Below, piece by piece: positions 1-9,522 of a DNA stretch of 64,000 bases. The position numbers and the translations under genes are program-made. Source of the stretch: a virus; IMG/VR virus record IMGVR_UViG_3300033145_000767, positions 26,470-90,469 of that record. One strand, written 5' to 3'. Each line of letters opens with the position of its first letter. The stretch's first letter is position 1. Below the pieces are notes generated by a model. The model was not told the DNA's origin. It ran no database searches and saw only the letters and a list, made by a program, of their open reading frames with translations.

Positions 1-2
1 AT

Positions 3-245
3 ATAGCAACATACAAAGCAAGTTATGTGCTAGAGCCTAAGAAGTTAAAGAAGATTAAAATGCTTGCTAGTAAGAAGGGCGAGAGCAAGTCAAGGGTTAT
101 ATCTTTCTTCTTTGATAGTGATGAAGATATAGCTTTAGTAAGTAAATACTTTAATGTATCAGTACTAAACAATAGAGAGCCACAAGTAGGGCACTCAGAC
201 CTATTAATAGCTATATTAAAGGAATTAGATAAGTATGGTAAATAA
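3..245 (+). CDS. C-terminal part of a hypothetical protein, truncated by the window edge
   Basis: The frame of ORF 27..245 is open back to position 3; its stop overlaps the next ATG. Confidence 0.55.
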   Translation: MATYKASYVLEPKKLKKIKMLASKKGESKSRVISFFFDSDEDIALVSKYFNVSVLNNREPQVGHSDLLIAILKELDKYGK

Positions 246-813
246 ACTTTGCACTAAATGTAAATTAACAAAAAAGTTAAATGAATTTCCACCGCATAGA
301 AAATATAAAAGTGGAAGAAATTCTTGGTGTAGAAAATGTAAAAATCAATATATGAGGGCATTTAGAAAAAATTATCCTTGGCTTTGTTCTTATAAATCTG
401 CAAAGAATAGGTGCAATAACAAAAATTGTAATGATTATAAAGATTACGGTGGTAGAGGTATTAGATTTTTATTGACCAAGGAACAGATAAAGAAACTTTG
501 GTATAGAGATAAGGGTTATAAACTAACACAGCATAGTATAGACCGTATAGATAATGATGGAGACTATACATTTAATAATTGTAGGTTTATAGAATTAAGT
601 GAAAATTCAATAAAACAAGAACATAATAAAAAAGAAAAAGAGGTATATCAATACAGTTTGCAAGGAAAATCCCTTAACAAATGGAAGAGTATGTCAGAAA
701 TCTCTAATAAATTAAATTACGATATTAGTGGTATATCTAAGGCTTGTTCAGGAAAACAAAAAACATCTTATGGGTTTATATGGAAACTTAAAGAAATGGA
801 GAAATTAAAATGA
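235..813 (+). CDS. HNH-like homing endonuclease (YGGRGI / DRIDN type) with N-terminal Cys motifs and C-terminal NUMOD1-like domain; copy 1 of 5
   Basis: CTKC...CRKC, YKDYGGRGI, SIDRIDNDGDYTFNNCRF; C-terminal VYQYSLQG...ISKACSGKQKTSYGFIWK. Confidence 0.8.
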   Translation: MVNKLCTKCKLTKKLNEFPPHRKYKSGRNSWCRKCKNQYMRAFRKNYPWLCSYKSAKNRCNNKNCNDYKDYGGRGIRFLLTKEQIKKLWYRDKGYKLTQHSIDRIDNDGDYTFNNCRFIELSENSIKQEHNKKEKEVYQYSLQGKSLNKWKSMSEISNKLNYDISGISKACSGKQKTSYGFIWKLKEMEKLK

Positions 814-1107
814 AAAAACTAATTACAAAAAAATTAAAAAATATTGAATTTGAATATAATGAGGATGATACAGGGCTTGCTTTAAGAGTAACAGCGTATA
901 ATGGGCGAAGTTATTATTTGCACAAAAAAGAAGCTAAGGCTTTAGGTAAGTTTATTAATAAGGAGATAAAATGATATATAACATACTATATGTACTTATG
1001 TTGGTAGGTTTTATAGGGTGTTCTTTATACAGCCCTAGCCTTAGAATGAAAGCAATAGGGTTGCTTTTAGCACTTGTAAATGGTTTATTATTTTATAAAG
1101 GTTAGTT

Positions 1108-1680
1108 ATGATAACTAAAGAATTTTTAGTAGAACAATATATAAATCAAAAGAAGTCCACCAATTTAATAGGTAAAGAGATTGGTTCTTCTAGTGGGGAT
1201 GTATATTATTATCTAAAGAAATATGGTATAAAACTTAGGGATAAAAGCACATTAATGATGGGGAATACCAATTCAAAAGATAGGGTAGTTACAGAAAAGA
1301 CTAGAAAATTATTAAGCAAAATACATAAAGGAAAATCGAAATCAGAAGAGCATAAGAAAAAATGTAGCTTAGCACAGATAAAAAGATTTAAGGATAACCC
1401 TGAACATGGGGAACACCTAAGAAAAATTAGATTAGGTATTAAAATGTCTACAGAACAAAAAGAAAAAATTTCTAAAAGTGTACTTAAAAATAATAAAGTA
1501 AAACATCATATATTTGGAAAAGAATATAATGACCTAATAGATTTAACTAGAAGTAAACACATGAGTTTACACCATAGTGCTTACTTTTACATACTAGACA
1601 AACATGGCAAAGAAGGTATATTAGATTACCTTAATTGGTTTGATACAAAACATGGGCTAGGAGAAAATTATGGCGTGTAG
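1108..1680 (+). CDS. HNH endonuclease with HTH and NUMOD3-like repeats
   Basis: N-terminal HTH-like segment, SEEHKKKCS and STEQKEKIS repeats, VKHHI...LIDLTRSKHMSLH. Confidence 0.65.
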   Translation: MITKEFLVEQYINQKKSTNLIGKEIGSSSGDVYYYLKKYGIKLRDKSTLMMGNTNSKDRVVTEKTRKLLSKIHKGKSKSEEHKKKCSLAQIKRFKDNPEHGEHLRKIRLGIKMSTEQKEKISKSVLKNNKVKHHIFGKEYNDLIDLTRSKHMSLHHSAYFYILDKHGKEGILDYLNWFDTKHGLGENYGV

Positions 1681-3022
1681 TAAAGGATATACTTCCCCAA
1701 GAATTTCATCGGAGTATAAGGATTGCGGACTTATTTTGACTTTTGACCAATACAATATATGTGGTTTTGGTTTTGGGAAACAATGTGCAGGATGTTTGTA
1801 TTGTTTTAGTAATTCCCAGAAAATAAACCACCCAATGTACCAAGAAAAAGCATTTCAAGTAAGGTCAGTAAACCCTGATAAAGTAGTTGACATGCTTACA
1901 GGAAAAAGTAAGTCTAAATATTATGATAATTTCTTTAAATATAGATTCCCCTTTCATTGGGGGGGTTTAGCAGACCCATTCTGTTACATGGAGGAGAAAG
2001 AAAGAGTTGGTTTAAAAATATTACAAGGTGCAAGTAAAGTACAGTATCCTATAATATTCTCTACAAAAGGCACTTTTATGTGCTATGATAAAGAGTATCT
2101 TAAAGTATTTGAAAGTTATAAGAAAAGTAAAAACTTAGGGTTTAGCTTTAGTATAATTACTAATGAAGAAAGTCTTGCAAGTAAAATAGAAAAAGAAGTG
2201 CCAACTGTAGAAGAAAGACTTAAAGCAATGAAAATTCTTTCTGACATGGGCTTTTGGACAGTTCTTAGGCTAAGACCCTTTATGATTGGTATAACAGATA
2301 TTAACTTAGAAACCCTCTTAGAAAGGGCTAAAAAGGCCGGTGCAAGGGCAGTATCAACAGAGTTTTATTGCCTAGACCTTAGAAGTTTAAGCACCTTAAA
2401 TGAAAGACTTAAAGAAATGAATAAAATAACAGGTCTTGACTATAGAAAATATTATAAAGCTTTATCCCCAAGTAGCAGAGGAACTTACTTGAGATTGAAT
2501 AGGCTGGCAAAAGAGCCCTATATGAAAAGGTTACTAAAGAAATGTAAGGAACTAGATTTAAAGGTTTCTATATCAGACCCAGACTTTAAAGAGTTTAATT
2601 TTTCTGGGTGTTGCTGTGGCTACCCTGAAACTAAAGAAGAATATAATAGTGAAATTTGTAATTGGTCTAAAGGTCAATTAACATATCATTTAACAGAATT
2701 AAGAAAAAAGTATTGGTCTGGTTATAGACCTGCATTATTAACTTGGGACGAGGTTAAAGATACTATAGCTAATGATTGGGCAAGTGATGGGAGATACTTT
2801 AAAGATAGTATAAAATATTGGTCAACAGATTTTAGAAAGAAACAGCAATCACACATAGATGAATTTCTACAGTCATGGAATAGTACTAAGTCAAGTGATA
2901 GCCCATACAGTTATTTTGATGGGTTATTAGTCCCATATAAATTAGACGACAATGGTAATATAGTTTATAAATATGAACCTTCTGATTCTGAGCTTAGATT
3001 GCGTAAGGACGGAATTGTATGA
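1670..3022 (+). CDS. Radical SAM protein, spore-photoproduct-lyase-like family
   Basis: DQYNICGFGFGKQCAGCLYCFS Cys cluster, GGLADPF, FSTKG, SIIT...IEKEVPTVEERLKAMKILSDMG, LRLRPF, GCCCG. Confidence 0.8.
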   Translation: MACSKGYTSPRISSEYKDCGLILTFDQYNICGFGFGKQCAGCLYCFSNSQKINHPMYQEKAFQVRSVNPDKVVDMLTGKSKSKYYDNFFKYRFPFHWGGLADPFCYMEEKERVGLKILQGASKVQYPIIFSTKGTFMCYDKEYLKVFESYKKSKNLGFSFSIITNEESLASKIEKEVPTVEERLKAMKILSDMGFWTVLRLRPFMIGITDINLETLLERAKKAGARAVSTEFYCLDLRSLSTLNERLKEMNKITGLDYRKYYKALSPSSRGTYLRLNRLAKEPYMKRLLKKCKELDLKVSISDPDFKEFNFSGCCCGYPETKEEYNSEICNWSKGQLTYHLTELRKKYWSGYRPALLTWDEVKDTIANDWASDGRYFKDSIKYWSTDFRKKQQSHIDEFLQSWNSTKSSDSPYSYFDGLLVPYKLDDNGNIVYKYEPSDSELRLRKDGIV

Positions 3023-3105
3023 ATAAAAAAGAATATATGAAAGAATATAGATTAAATAACATTTATATGTTATACTTGTTTGCATAGGAGGAAAGAGGAG
3101 ATAAT

Positions 3106-3348
3106 ATGAAAAAGTTTATTACCATGTTACTAATGATACTAATGGTTTGGGTAGTTGTTGATAAACAATGCACACATAGCAGAAATTATTTTGTGTTAGA
3201 AAATAAAATAGGGGTTAGAAAAGTTTTCCATAGCCATGCCTCTAAGGATAATGAGGTTATTATTGGGGATAGAGTAAAAATTAAAATACCCACAAAAAGA
3301 TTAAAATGGTATGAAGATTCATATAAGTACTTAGAGGGGGTAATATGA
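3106..3348 (+). CDS. Hypothetical protein with hydrophobic N-terminus
   Basis: Strong GAGGAG RBS, ORF track. Confidence 0.5.
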   Translation: MKKFITMLLMILMVWVVVDKQCTHSRNYFVLENKIGVRKVFHSHASKDNEVIIGDRVKIKIPTKRLKWYEDSYKYLEGVI

Positions 3349-3899
3349 TAAACGAAAAAGAAGTTAGTAACTTATTACTAGAAAAAGTTGGTACTCATAG
3401 TAGTATCTTTATGTTCAAAGCAAAAGTTATATTCGATAAGAAAATAAAAACTTACTGTTGCTTAGAGTATAATGGGAAAAAAGGGTGTCCTAACTATGGT
3501 AAAAAGAAAGGGTGTCCACCAAACAATAGAGATATAGATGAAGTGCTAGATGTAACAGAAGACATTTATGTATTTGGTATGTCTTTTAACTTAAAGATAC
3601 ACGCAGATGAAATGAAAAAGAAACACCCTAAGTGGACACAAAGGCAATGCTATAATGTAATATATTGGCAACCAAAGCAGAGAAAGAAATTTAAGATGTT
3701 TATAGATAACTTTAAAAAGAAGTACCCTGAATTAAGGGTAGACACCTTGCCAGAGGGGCATGGGGTTGATGTAACTAAAATGTTAAAAGATGCAGGTGTA
3801 GGTATATCCTGGGACTACCCTTTGGACACAGTTTGGACAGTTGCAATAGCAGGTAAGAAGGCTAAATATAAAAGAAAAAAGAGGGTTAAAAATGTATAA
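3345..3899 (+). CDS. DUF2284-like predicted metal-binding protein (copy 1)
   Basis: YCC...GCPNYGKKKGCPP and PEGHGVDVTKML motifs. Confidence 0.7.
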   Translation: MINEKEVSNLLLEKVGTHSSIFMFKAKVIFDKKIKTYCCLEYNGKKGCPNYGKKKGCPPNNRDIDEVLDVTEDIYVFGMSFNLKIHADEMKKKHPKWTQRQCYNVIYWQPKQRKKFKMFIDNFKKKYPELRVDTLPEGHGVDVTKMLKDAGVGISWDYPLDTVWTVAIAGKKAKYKRKKRVKNV

Positions 3900-4686
3900 G
3901 GTATACATTCCTACAAAAGGCAGAGCAAATAACTTATACCTAAATAGGTTAGTAGATGTCATTAAGGTAAAACCTATATTAGTTGTAGAACCTCAAGAGT
4001 TAGAGGAGTATAATAAAGCATACAAGAATAAGGTATACTATGAGGTATTAGCTAAAGATAATATGGGGTATAATTACCTTATAAAAAAATTATATAAAAC
4101 TATAAAGCTATTTAACTTTAATGCTTTTATCATTGATGATGATATATGTAATATATACTTAAAAGAAGTGGGGAAGAAAAGGTTAAATCTAGGTATAGAA
4201 AACATAAATTTTGCACTAAACTATATATCCTGTTATACCCCATATGCCCTAACAGGTAGCGTATTTAAACAACACCAATGGGTGTGTGAAACAGATTTTC
4301 AAGACTTTGGCAGACCTTCAGCTTTTGTATATATAAAAGGCAATGAGATAACGGATGAAGTTTTGTCATATTTCAATAGATATGATATACTTAGTTATAG
4401 GCTTAAAGCAGACATTATGTTTGCCACAGCCTGCTTATATAACGGTTTAAAGATAGGTATGTGTGGTAGATATGGGTTTACTACACCCGATATGGCTAAA
4501 AGTAAAGGGGGTTGTTATGATGATTACCAAACAGACCAGCAATCTTTATGTAGTAAAGAAATACACAATATAGTAGGTAGTAATTTTTCATCAGTAATAC
4601 ATAGAAGGGGTAGAACAGAAGTAAAGATAGCATGGAAAAAGCTATATGATGCAAAAGTAAAAACTAAACAGAACAAACTATTTTAG
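3892..4686 (+). CDS. GT-A glycosyltransferase, TAGT/GREB1-like (phage DNA-modification associated)
   Basis: VYIPTKGRA, LVVEPQELEEY, FIIDDDI (DxD), KADIMF, SKGGC. Confidence 0.7.
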   Translation: MYKVYIPTKGRANNLYLNRLVDVIKVKPILVVEPQELEEYNKAYKNKVYYEVLAKDNMGYNYLIKKLYKTIKLFNFNAFIIDDDICNIYLKEVGKKRLNLGIENINFALNYISCYTPYALTGSVFKQHQWVCETDFQDFGRPSAFVYIKGNEITDEVLSYFNRYDILSYRLKADIMFATACLYNGLKIGMCGRYGFTTPDMAKSKGGCYDDYQTDQQSLCSKEIHNIVGSNFSSVIHRRGRTEVKIAWKKLYDAKVKTKQNKLF

Positions 4687-4695
4687 GAGGGTAAT

Positions 4696-4911
4696 ATGAG
4701 TGAATTAAATTTGGTAGCCACAGAAGATTTACTAAAAGAGTTGGTAAGAAGAACAGACAATATTGTTGTAGTAGGAGAAAAAGTTTTAGATGAGGGCACA
4801 TGCGAGGTTATTCACACAATTAACGGAGACCCCTTGAAGTGTTTAGGTTTAGTTGAACTTATAAAACTGTCAATAATGCCAGAGGCTATTAATACTAACT
4901 ACGAGGGATAA
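4696..4911 (+). CDS. Hypothetical protein
   Basis: AGGAGG RBS, ORF track. Confidence 0.55.
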   Translation: MSELNLVATEDLLKELVRRTDNIVVVGEKVLDEGTCEVIHTINGDPLKCLGLVELIKLSIMPEAINTNYEG

Positions 4912-4914
4912 ATT

Positions 4915-5133
4915 ATGTTAGGAAAAATATTACGAAAAATAATAGACTTAATAACAATGTTCACAATAAGTATTGCAGGGAGTTTATGTGTTTTAACCAT
5001 GCTTAAGCTAAAGGACTTTACTCTTACAAATATGACTGCTATGATATATCTAGGTGTCTTTATGGGTATGGTGAGCCTTTATGTGCAGGAAGGTATTAGA
5101 GAGGGAGAAAATGAATCCAATAAGGTTCGATAA
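4915..5133 (+). CDS. Small two-TM membrane protein (possibly holin-like)
   Basis: Two hydrophobic segments and a charged C-terminus. Confidence 0.45.
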   Translation: MLGKILRKIIDLITMFTISIAGSLCVLTMLKLKDFTLTNMTAMIYLGVFMGMVSLYVQEGIREGENESNKVR

Positions 5134-5746
5134 AGAAAAATTTAAAGATGGTTTTTTTACACTAAGGAGTAAAGTAGCATGGGCAAAGGATATTGTCTCT
5201 ATACTTAATGTTAGAAAACTTATTATATATGCTATAGTTATAGGGCTATTCATTGGTTATGGTTACTGGAAGGGGGTAAAAGAAAAACCAGTCCATTTAG
5301 ATTTAAAACAAAAAATTACAGTTCATTTAGATAAGAAAAAAATCAATGCTATGGAACAACCAACTATAGTTAAACAGGAGTTTGAAACTACATTTAACTA
5401 TACTGATTATATCAATGGTAAGAAACATGGTGTAGTTAAAGTAGATAAAATAGAAGAACTTAGAAAGAAATATAAACCATACGGCTTTACTAATAAAGTT
5501 ATAGGTGTAATGGGGTTAGGTGTAAGTGCTAATGATGTGTCTGGGGAATCAGGGGTAGGTTACAGGTATGCTAGATTATGGAAGTTTAGAACTGAAATAG
5601 TGGTTACAGATAAGGGATTTTATCCTATTAGCGTGTCTTATAAACCAGATTGGTTCTTTAGTAACACAAGTATAAATGTAGCTGGTGGAAAAGCGTGGGA
5701 AGACGGTTCAAACAGAGCCTTTTTAGGCGTAAATGTGGAGTTTTAA
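5111..5746 (+). CDS. Membrane-anchored protein with C-terminal amphipathic beta-strands
   Basis: Start moved to ATG 5111 after GAGGGAG; TM segment LIIYAIVIGLFIGYGYW; ends FLGVNVEF. Confidence 0.55.
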   Translation: MNPIRFDKEKFKDGFFTLRSKVAWAKDIVSILNVRKLIIYAIVIGLFIGYGYWKGVKEKPVHLDLKQKITVHLDKKKINAMEQPTIVKQEFETTFNYTDYINGKKHGVVKVDKIEELRKKYKPYGFTNKVIGVMGLGVSANDVSGESGVGYRYARLWKFRTEIVVTDKGFYPISVSYKPDWFFSNTSINVAGGKAWEDGSNRAFLGVNVEF

Positions 5747-6293
5747 AATGAGGTGTAAACGATGTGGAGATAGTCCTTGTATATATAAACATGGTAAAAT
5801 AAGCAGATGTATTGTTTGTGGATGCACTGTTTTTACTGATGGCGTAAAATTATATGGAAATGAAAAAGTTTAAATTAAAAGATAGAAAAATAAAAATCGA
5901 GCTTGAAGTTTGTAATCCAGATAATAAATTTTTTAGTGATTTTTTAAAGATGGAGAATTAAAATGACGCCAAAAGAAATTTGTCCGATTTGTTATAATGA
6001 TTCTTTAAATTTCGATATTAAAAACGAGAAAGTTATAATTACTTGTAGTAAATGTTATTATAAACATACTAAATATAAAAGTACATATGTCAGTCTTGTT
6101 AGTAATGAAGGGTGGAAATTAAAATGATAAATAAAGAATTTTTATTAGAAACCATGTTAGACATTTTAGTTAAAGGAAGAGAAATTAATAAGGAAGCCAA
6201 GAGATTAGATATTGACGATATGGAATTGAGGTATTGTTTTTGTACTCAATTAGACTGTTTAGAATAAAATCCACAAGGCAATAGGAGGGTAAA

Positions 6294-6740
6294 GTGATGG
6301 ATAAACCTAGATTGGTAACAGATAGGGAATATGGAGATTGGGCTAAAAAGAAGATAGAATCGCTGACTAAACAGGTTGAGGAGTTAAAAGAGGTAGTTAA
6401 GAAAACAAACTTCTTAATCAGAGAACCAAATACTACTGTTAATGTTGGTGCTTTAATTCAAGAAAACCAAGAGTTGAAAGATGAAATCCAAATTATTACT
6501 GCACCACAAAATTCAACAGGTAAGGTATATTTAGACCTCCAAGCACGCATTAAAGAACAGGGTAATGTTTTACAAAAGTCAGCAATTTCACAAGCTAAAA
6601 TCCAAGCCAAGTTATCAAGAGTAACTAAAGTAGCCAATTACCCAGAAGAGCCTAATGGTGCTAATATGAATAAAAGTTTAGTCTGGGATTATAAAGAAAG
6701 ATTAGATTCAATAGTCAACATGATAGAGGGTAAGAAATAA
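6294..6740 (+). CDS. Hypothetical coiled-coil protein
   Basis: GGAGG RBS, heptad-like sequence. Confidence 0.5.
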   Translation: MMDKPRLVTDREYGDWAKKKIESLTKQVEELKEVVKKTNFLIREPNTTVNVGALIQENQELKDEIQIITAPQNSTGKVYLDLQARIKEQGNVLQKSAISQAKIQAKLSRVTKVANYPEEPNGANMNKSLVWDYKERLDSIVNMIEGKK

Positions 6741-6745
6741 TAAAC

Positions 6746-6774
6746 TTGCAATTTCAACATTTATGGGATATACT
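6746..6774 (+). promoter_or_regulatory. sigma70-type promoter
   Basis: TTGCAA-17 nt-TATACT upstream of GGAGG and ATG 6791. Confidence 0.65.
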
Positions 6775-6790
6775 ATATATGGAGGATAAA

Positions 6791-7147
6791 ATGAAAAGAT
6801 TAATGGCGTGTGTGGTTTTGGTTATGGCAGTTATGGTAATATCACTTGGCAGATTAGGAAATAATAGAGAAAGTAATTTTGGGTCGGCAACTGTTGTGCA
6901 TTCTCCTGTAAATCAGGTTAAACCGCTTGATGTTCAAATAATAGAAATACAAGAAGCTATTGATGCTCAAAGTAAAGAATTAAGAGAATTAAAAATTAGA
7001 GTACAAGCTGATTTTATTCGTCAAGGTTATGGCAACAGGACTCTTTATGCGTATATTAAACAGCTAAAACAAGAAAATAGGAATATAAAACAATATTTAG
7101 AGTTAAAAGGTAAAGATGAGTGTAAAGGTGATGGTGATTGCAAATGA
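6791..7147 (+). CDS. Hypothetical secreted or anchored coiled-coil protein
   Basis: Start moved to ATG 6791 after GGAGG; signal-peptide-like MKRLMACVVLVMAVMVISLG. Confidence 0.55.
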   Translation: MKRLMACVVLVMAVMVISLGRLGNNRESNFGSATVVHSPVNQVKPLDVQIIEIQEAIDAQSKELRELKIRVQADFIRQGYGNRTLYAYIKQLKQENRNIKQYLELKGKDECKGDGDCK

Positions 7148-7623
7148 GTAAAGAACTAATAGTAATGGCTGGGAACATAGGTACAGGTAAGACCACTTAT
7201 GTTAAGAATTATCAGAAGGAAGGCTATATAGTTATAGCAAGAGATACCTTAAGATATGCAATAGGTGGGGGAACTTATGTATTTAACCTAGACTATGAAC
7301 CTATTGTACATGCAACAGAAAAATATTTACTTAGAAAATTTCTTGATTTAGGTGTAAACATAGTTATAGATGAAACAAATGTTACAGCAAGAAGTAGGAG
7401 AGTTTTGGATGTAGAGGCAAAACAGGGGGGTTACAAAGTAATATGCATAGTAATGCCTAGGCTATCTAAAAAGGATAGTGTTGATAGGCGTATGCAAAAC
7501 CCCCATGATTGCCCAGATAGAACAGTATGGGAAGGTGTATGGGGAAGATTTAATGACAAGTATGAAGAACCTAAGTACTCAGAAGGCTTTGATGAGATTA
7601 ATTTTATAACTGATTGGGCTTAA
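7144..7623 (+). CDS. P-loop kinase, polynucleotide-kinase / AAA_33-like
   Basis: Walker A GNIGTGKT, ARDTLR, VIDETN. Confidence 0.8.
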   Translation: MSKELIVMAGNIGTGKTTYVKNYQKEGYIVIARDTLRYAIGGGTYVFNLDYEPIVHATEKYLLRKFLDLGVNIVIDETNVTARSRRVLDVEAKQGGYKVICIVMPRLSKKDSVDRRMQNPHDCPDRTVWEGVWGRFNDKYEEPKYSEGFDEINFITDWA

Positions 7624-7924
7624 TATGCATAAAGTAATTATACTTTTAAAAGAGGGTAAAAAGGTTGAAAGCTCTTTTACCGAATATGATAAAGCTTGTG
7701 AGGCTGTATCTTTATTATGGTACGGTACAGGGGAGGTACACCCTTATATGATTGAAAAAATCTTCTTGGAGGCTGACAATGGAAAGAGAAAATAATTGTG
7801 ATATGAAAGAATTTTGTCAGAATAACTTTGAAAAGCATGGCATGTACACATGCTTTAACCAGATTTATTACTACGATAATTTATGTACTAGAATAGGTAA
7901 AAGAAAAAAGAAAGGCTATCAAAA

Positions 7925-8233
7925 ATGCGAGACAAAAGAGAAGAGGCAATTGAAGCAAAGGAAAGACTTGAAAGAGAGAACAGAAAAAAGAAGGGCAACA
8001 AAGAAAAGAGTAATGAAAAAGTACAGGACAAAGAACCACTAAAATTCTTTGTACAGATTGGGGACTGTAACCCTCATATATACAATATAGTTATAGGGTT
8101 CAACCCTGAAATTGATTATGCTGGTTTAAAATTTGATGAGAATTTATTAAAGGGTATAGTAGAAGATACAAATAAAGCATTAGTACCAGTACTTAAAAGA
8201 TATGTTAAACAACTAAAAAAGGCTAACAAATAA
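7925..8233 (+). CDS. Hypothetical protein
   Basis: ORF track; abuts the next gene. Confidence 0.45.
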   Translation: MRDKREEAIEAKERLERENRKKKGNKEKSNEKVQDKEPLKFFVQIGDCNPHIYNIVIGFNPEIDYAGLKFDENLLKGIVEDTNKALVPVLKRYVKQLKKANK

Positions 8234-8494
8234 ATGAAAAAAGAATTTAAAATCCCATTTTGGACATTCATGTTCTTTATTATATGCTACTCTAATCAAG
8301 GGTTAGCAGGTTTACCAGAACAATGTTTGTATTATTTAAAGAGGGAATCTTGGGGTTTGTCAGCTACATCTATAGGCCTTATTGGTATAATAACAGGTCT
8401 AGCTTGGTATACAAAGGTCTTGTGGGGCTATCTAAATGATTATACTCCGTTAAGAAAAATAAAAATAAGATTTAGAAAAAAAGGAAAGAAATGA
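8234..8494 (+). CDS. BT1 (folate/biopterin) family MFS transporter, N-terminal part (about TM1-2)
   Basis: YSNQGLAGL...YYLK...WGLSA...LAWYTKVLWGYLNDYTP resembles the BT1 N-terminal motif. Confidence 0.65.
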   Translation: MKKEFKIPFWTFMFFIICYSNQGLAGLPEQCLYYLKRESWGLSATSIGLIGIITGLAWYTKVLWGYLNDYTPLRKIKIRFRKKGKK

Positions 8495-9522
8495 TTATTA
8501 AACTACCTTATAAGTATGAAGTAACTATTGAAATAACAAAAGACAGGTACTTATCTAAGTACTATTTATATATAGCTTATTCATTGATTATAGCTTGTAT
8601 ACTATATATAGTTACATTTGGCTTAAATATTGTAAGCCTTATTGTAACAGGGTTACTAATTAATATTGGAATTGCTTTAGCAGATGTAGCAAATGATAAG
8701 CAGATGTGTTTAATAGAAAGAGAGCATAATTTAAAAGGGAAGGTTCAAGCTATTCAATGGGCATCATTAAGTGTATGTAGCTTAGTTGTATCTTTACTTG
8801 GGGCATACTTAGCTTCCACATTACCAGAACCTTTAAATTATAAACTAGCTTATGGTATTTGTATAATAATACCTATAAGTGCATTAATATATTTGAGAAC
8901 AAAATATTTTGAAGAGCCTGTAAAAGAAGTTAAGAAGTTTACTTTAAGTGTATTTAGATATTTGAAAAATAAAGACTTCTTACTTGGTCTAGCCTTTATA
9001 GTTTTACTTAGGTTTAGCCCATCCTTTGGTACAGGGCTTATGATTAAATGCAGAGAAGAATTATTTATTGGTAAGATGTTCCTAGGTTATGTTGGGGCAT
9101 TGGGTACAGTAGTAGGTATGGTAGGTTATGGCTTATATTATTGGAAAGCACATAAGTTTCCTATTAAAAAAATGTTATATTTTACAATAGTATTTGGGGC
9201 TATAACAAGTCTTTTCTACCTATATCTGCCTAGTAAGTGGTTTTTAGTTGCTTACAGTCTATTATTTGGGGCATTTGAGGGTATATCTTTCTTAGCTGTT
9301 ATGTCCTTCATGGTTAAGATATTACCTACTGGAAGTGAAGCTATGTTTTATGCATTAGTTACATCAGCTAATAACTTATCTAGTAGATTAGGTAGTGCAT
9401 TTGGTGGTATAATATATGATAACTTTGGCTATAATATGAATGTAGTAGTAGCAAGTTTGTGCACTTTTTTATGCATATTCATAATCCCACACTTAAAAAT
9501 AGAGGAGATACCTAATGAGTAA
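8491..9522 (+). CDS. BT1-family MFS transporter, C-terminal part (about 10 TM)
   Basis: IALADVANDKQM...KGKVQAIQW, PTGSEAMFYALVTSANNL, many hydrophobic helices. Confidence 0.75.
   Translation: MIIKLPYKYEVTIEITKDRYLSKYYLYIAYSLIIACILYIVTFGLNIVSLIVTGLLINIGIALADVANDKQMCLIEREHNLKGKVQAIQWASLSVCSLVVSLLGAYLASTLPEPLNYKLAYGICIIIPISALIYLRTKYFEEPVKEVKKFTLSVFRYLKNKDFLLGLAFIVLLRFSPSFGTGLMIKCREELFIGKMFLGYVGALGTVVGMVGYGLYYWKAHKFPIKKMLYFTIVFGAITSLFYLYLPSKWFLVAYSLLFGAFEGISFLAVMSFMVKILPTGSEAMFYALVTSANNLSSRLGSAFGGIIYDNFGYNMNVVVASLCTFLCIFIIPHLKIEEIPNE

Noticed and set aside
7752-8042. ORF overlapping 7925..8233 by 118 nt
   Set aside because: May be real from ATG 7779, but its 3' part is a low-complexity alternate frame; not supportable as listed.
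8440-8560. Intron or intein at the transporter split
   Set aside because: The extra sequence is only about 100 nt, with no structured-RNA or intein motifs.
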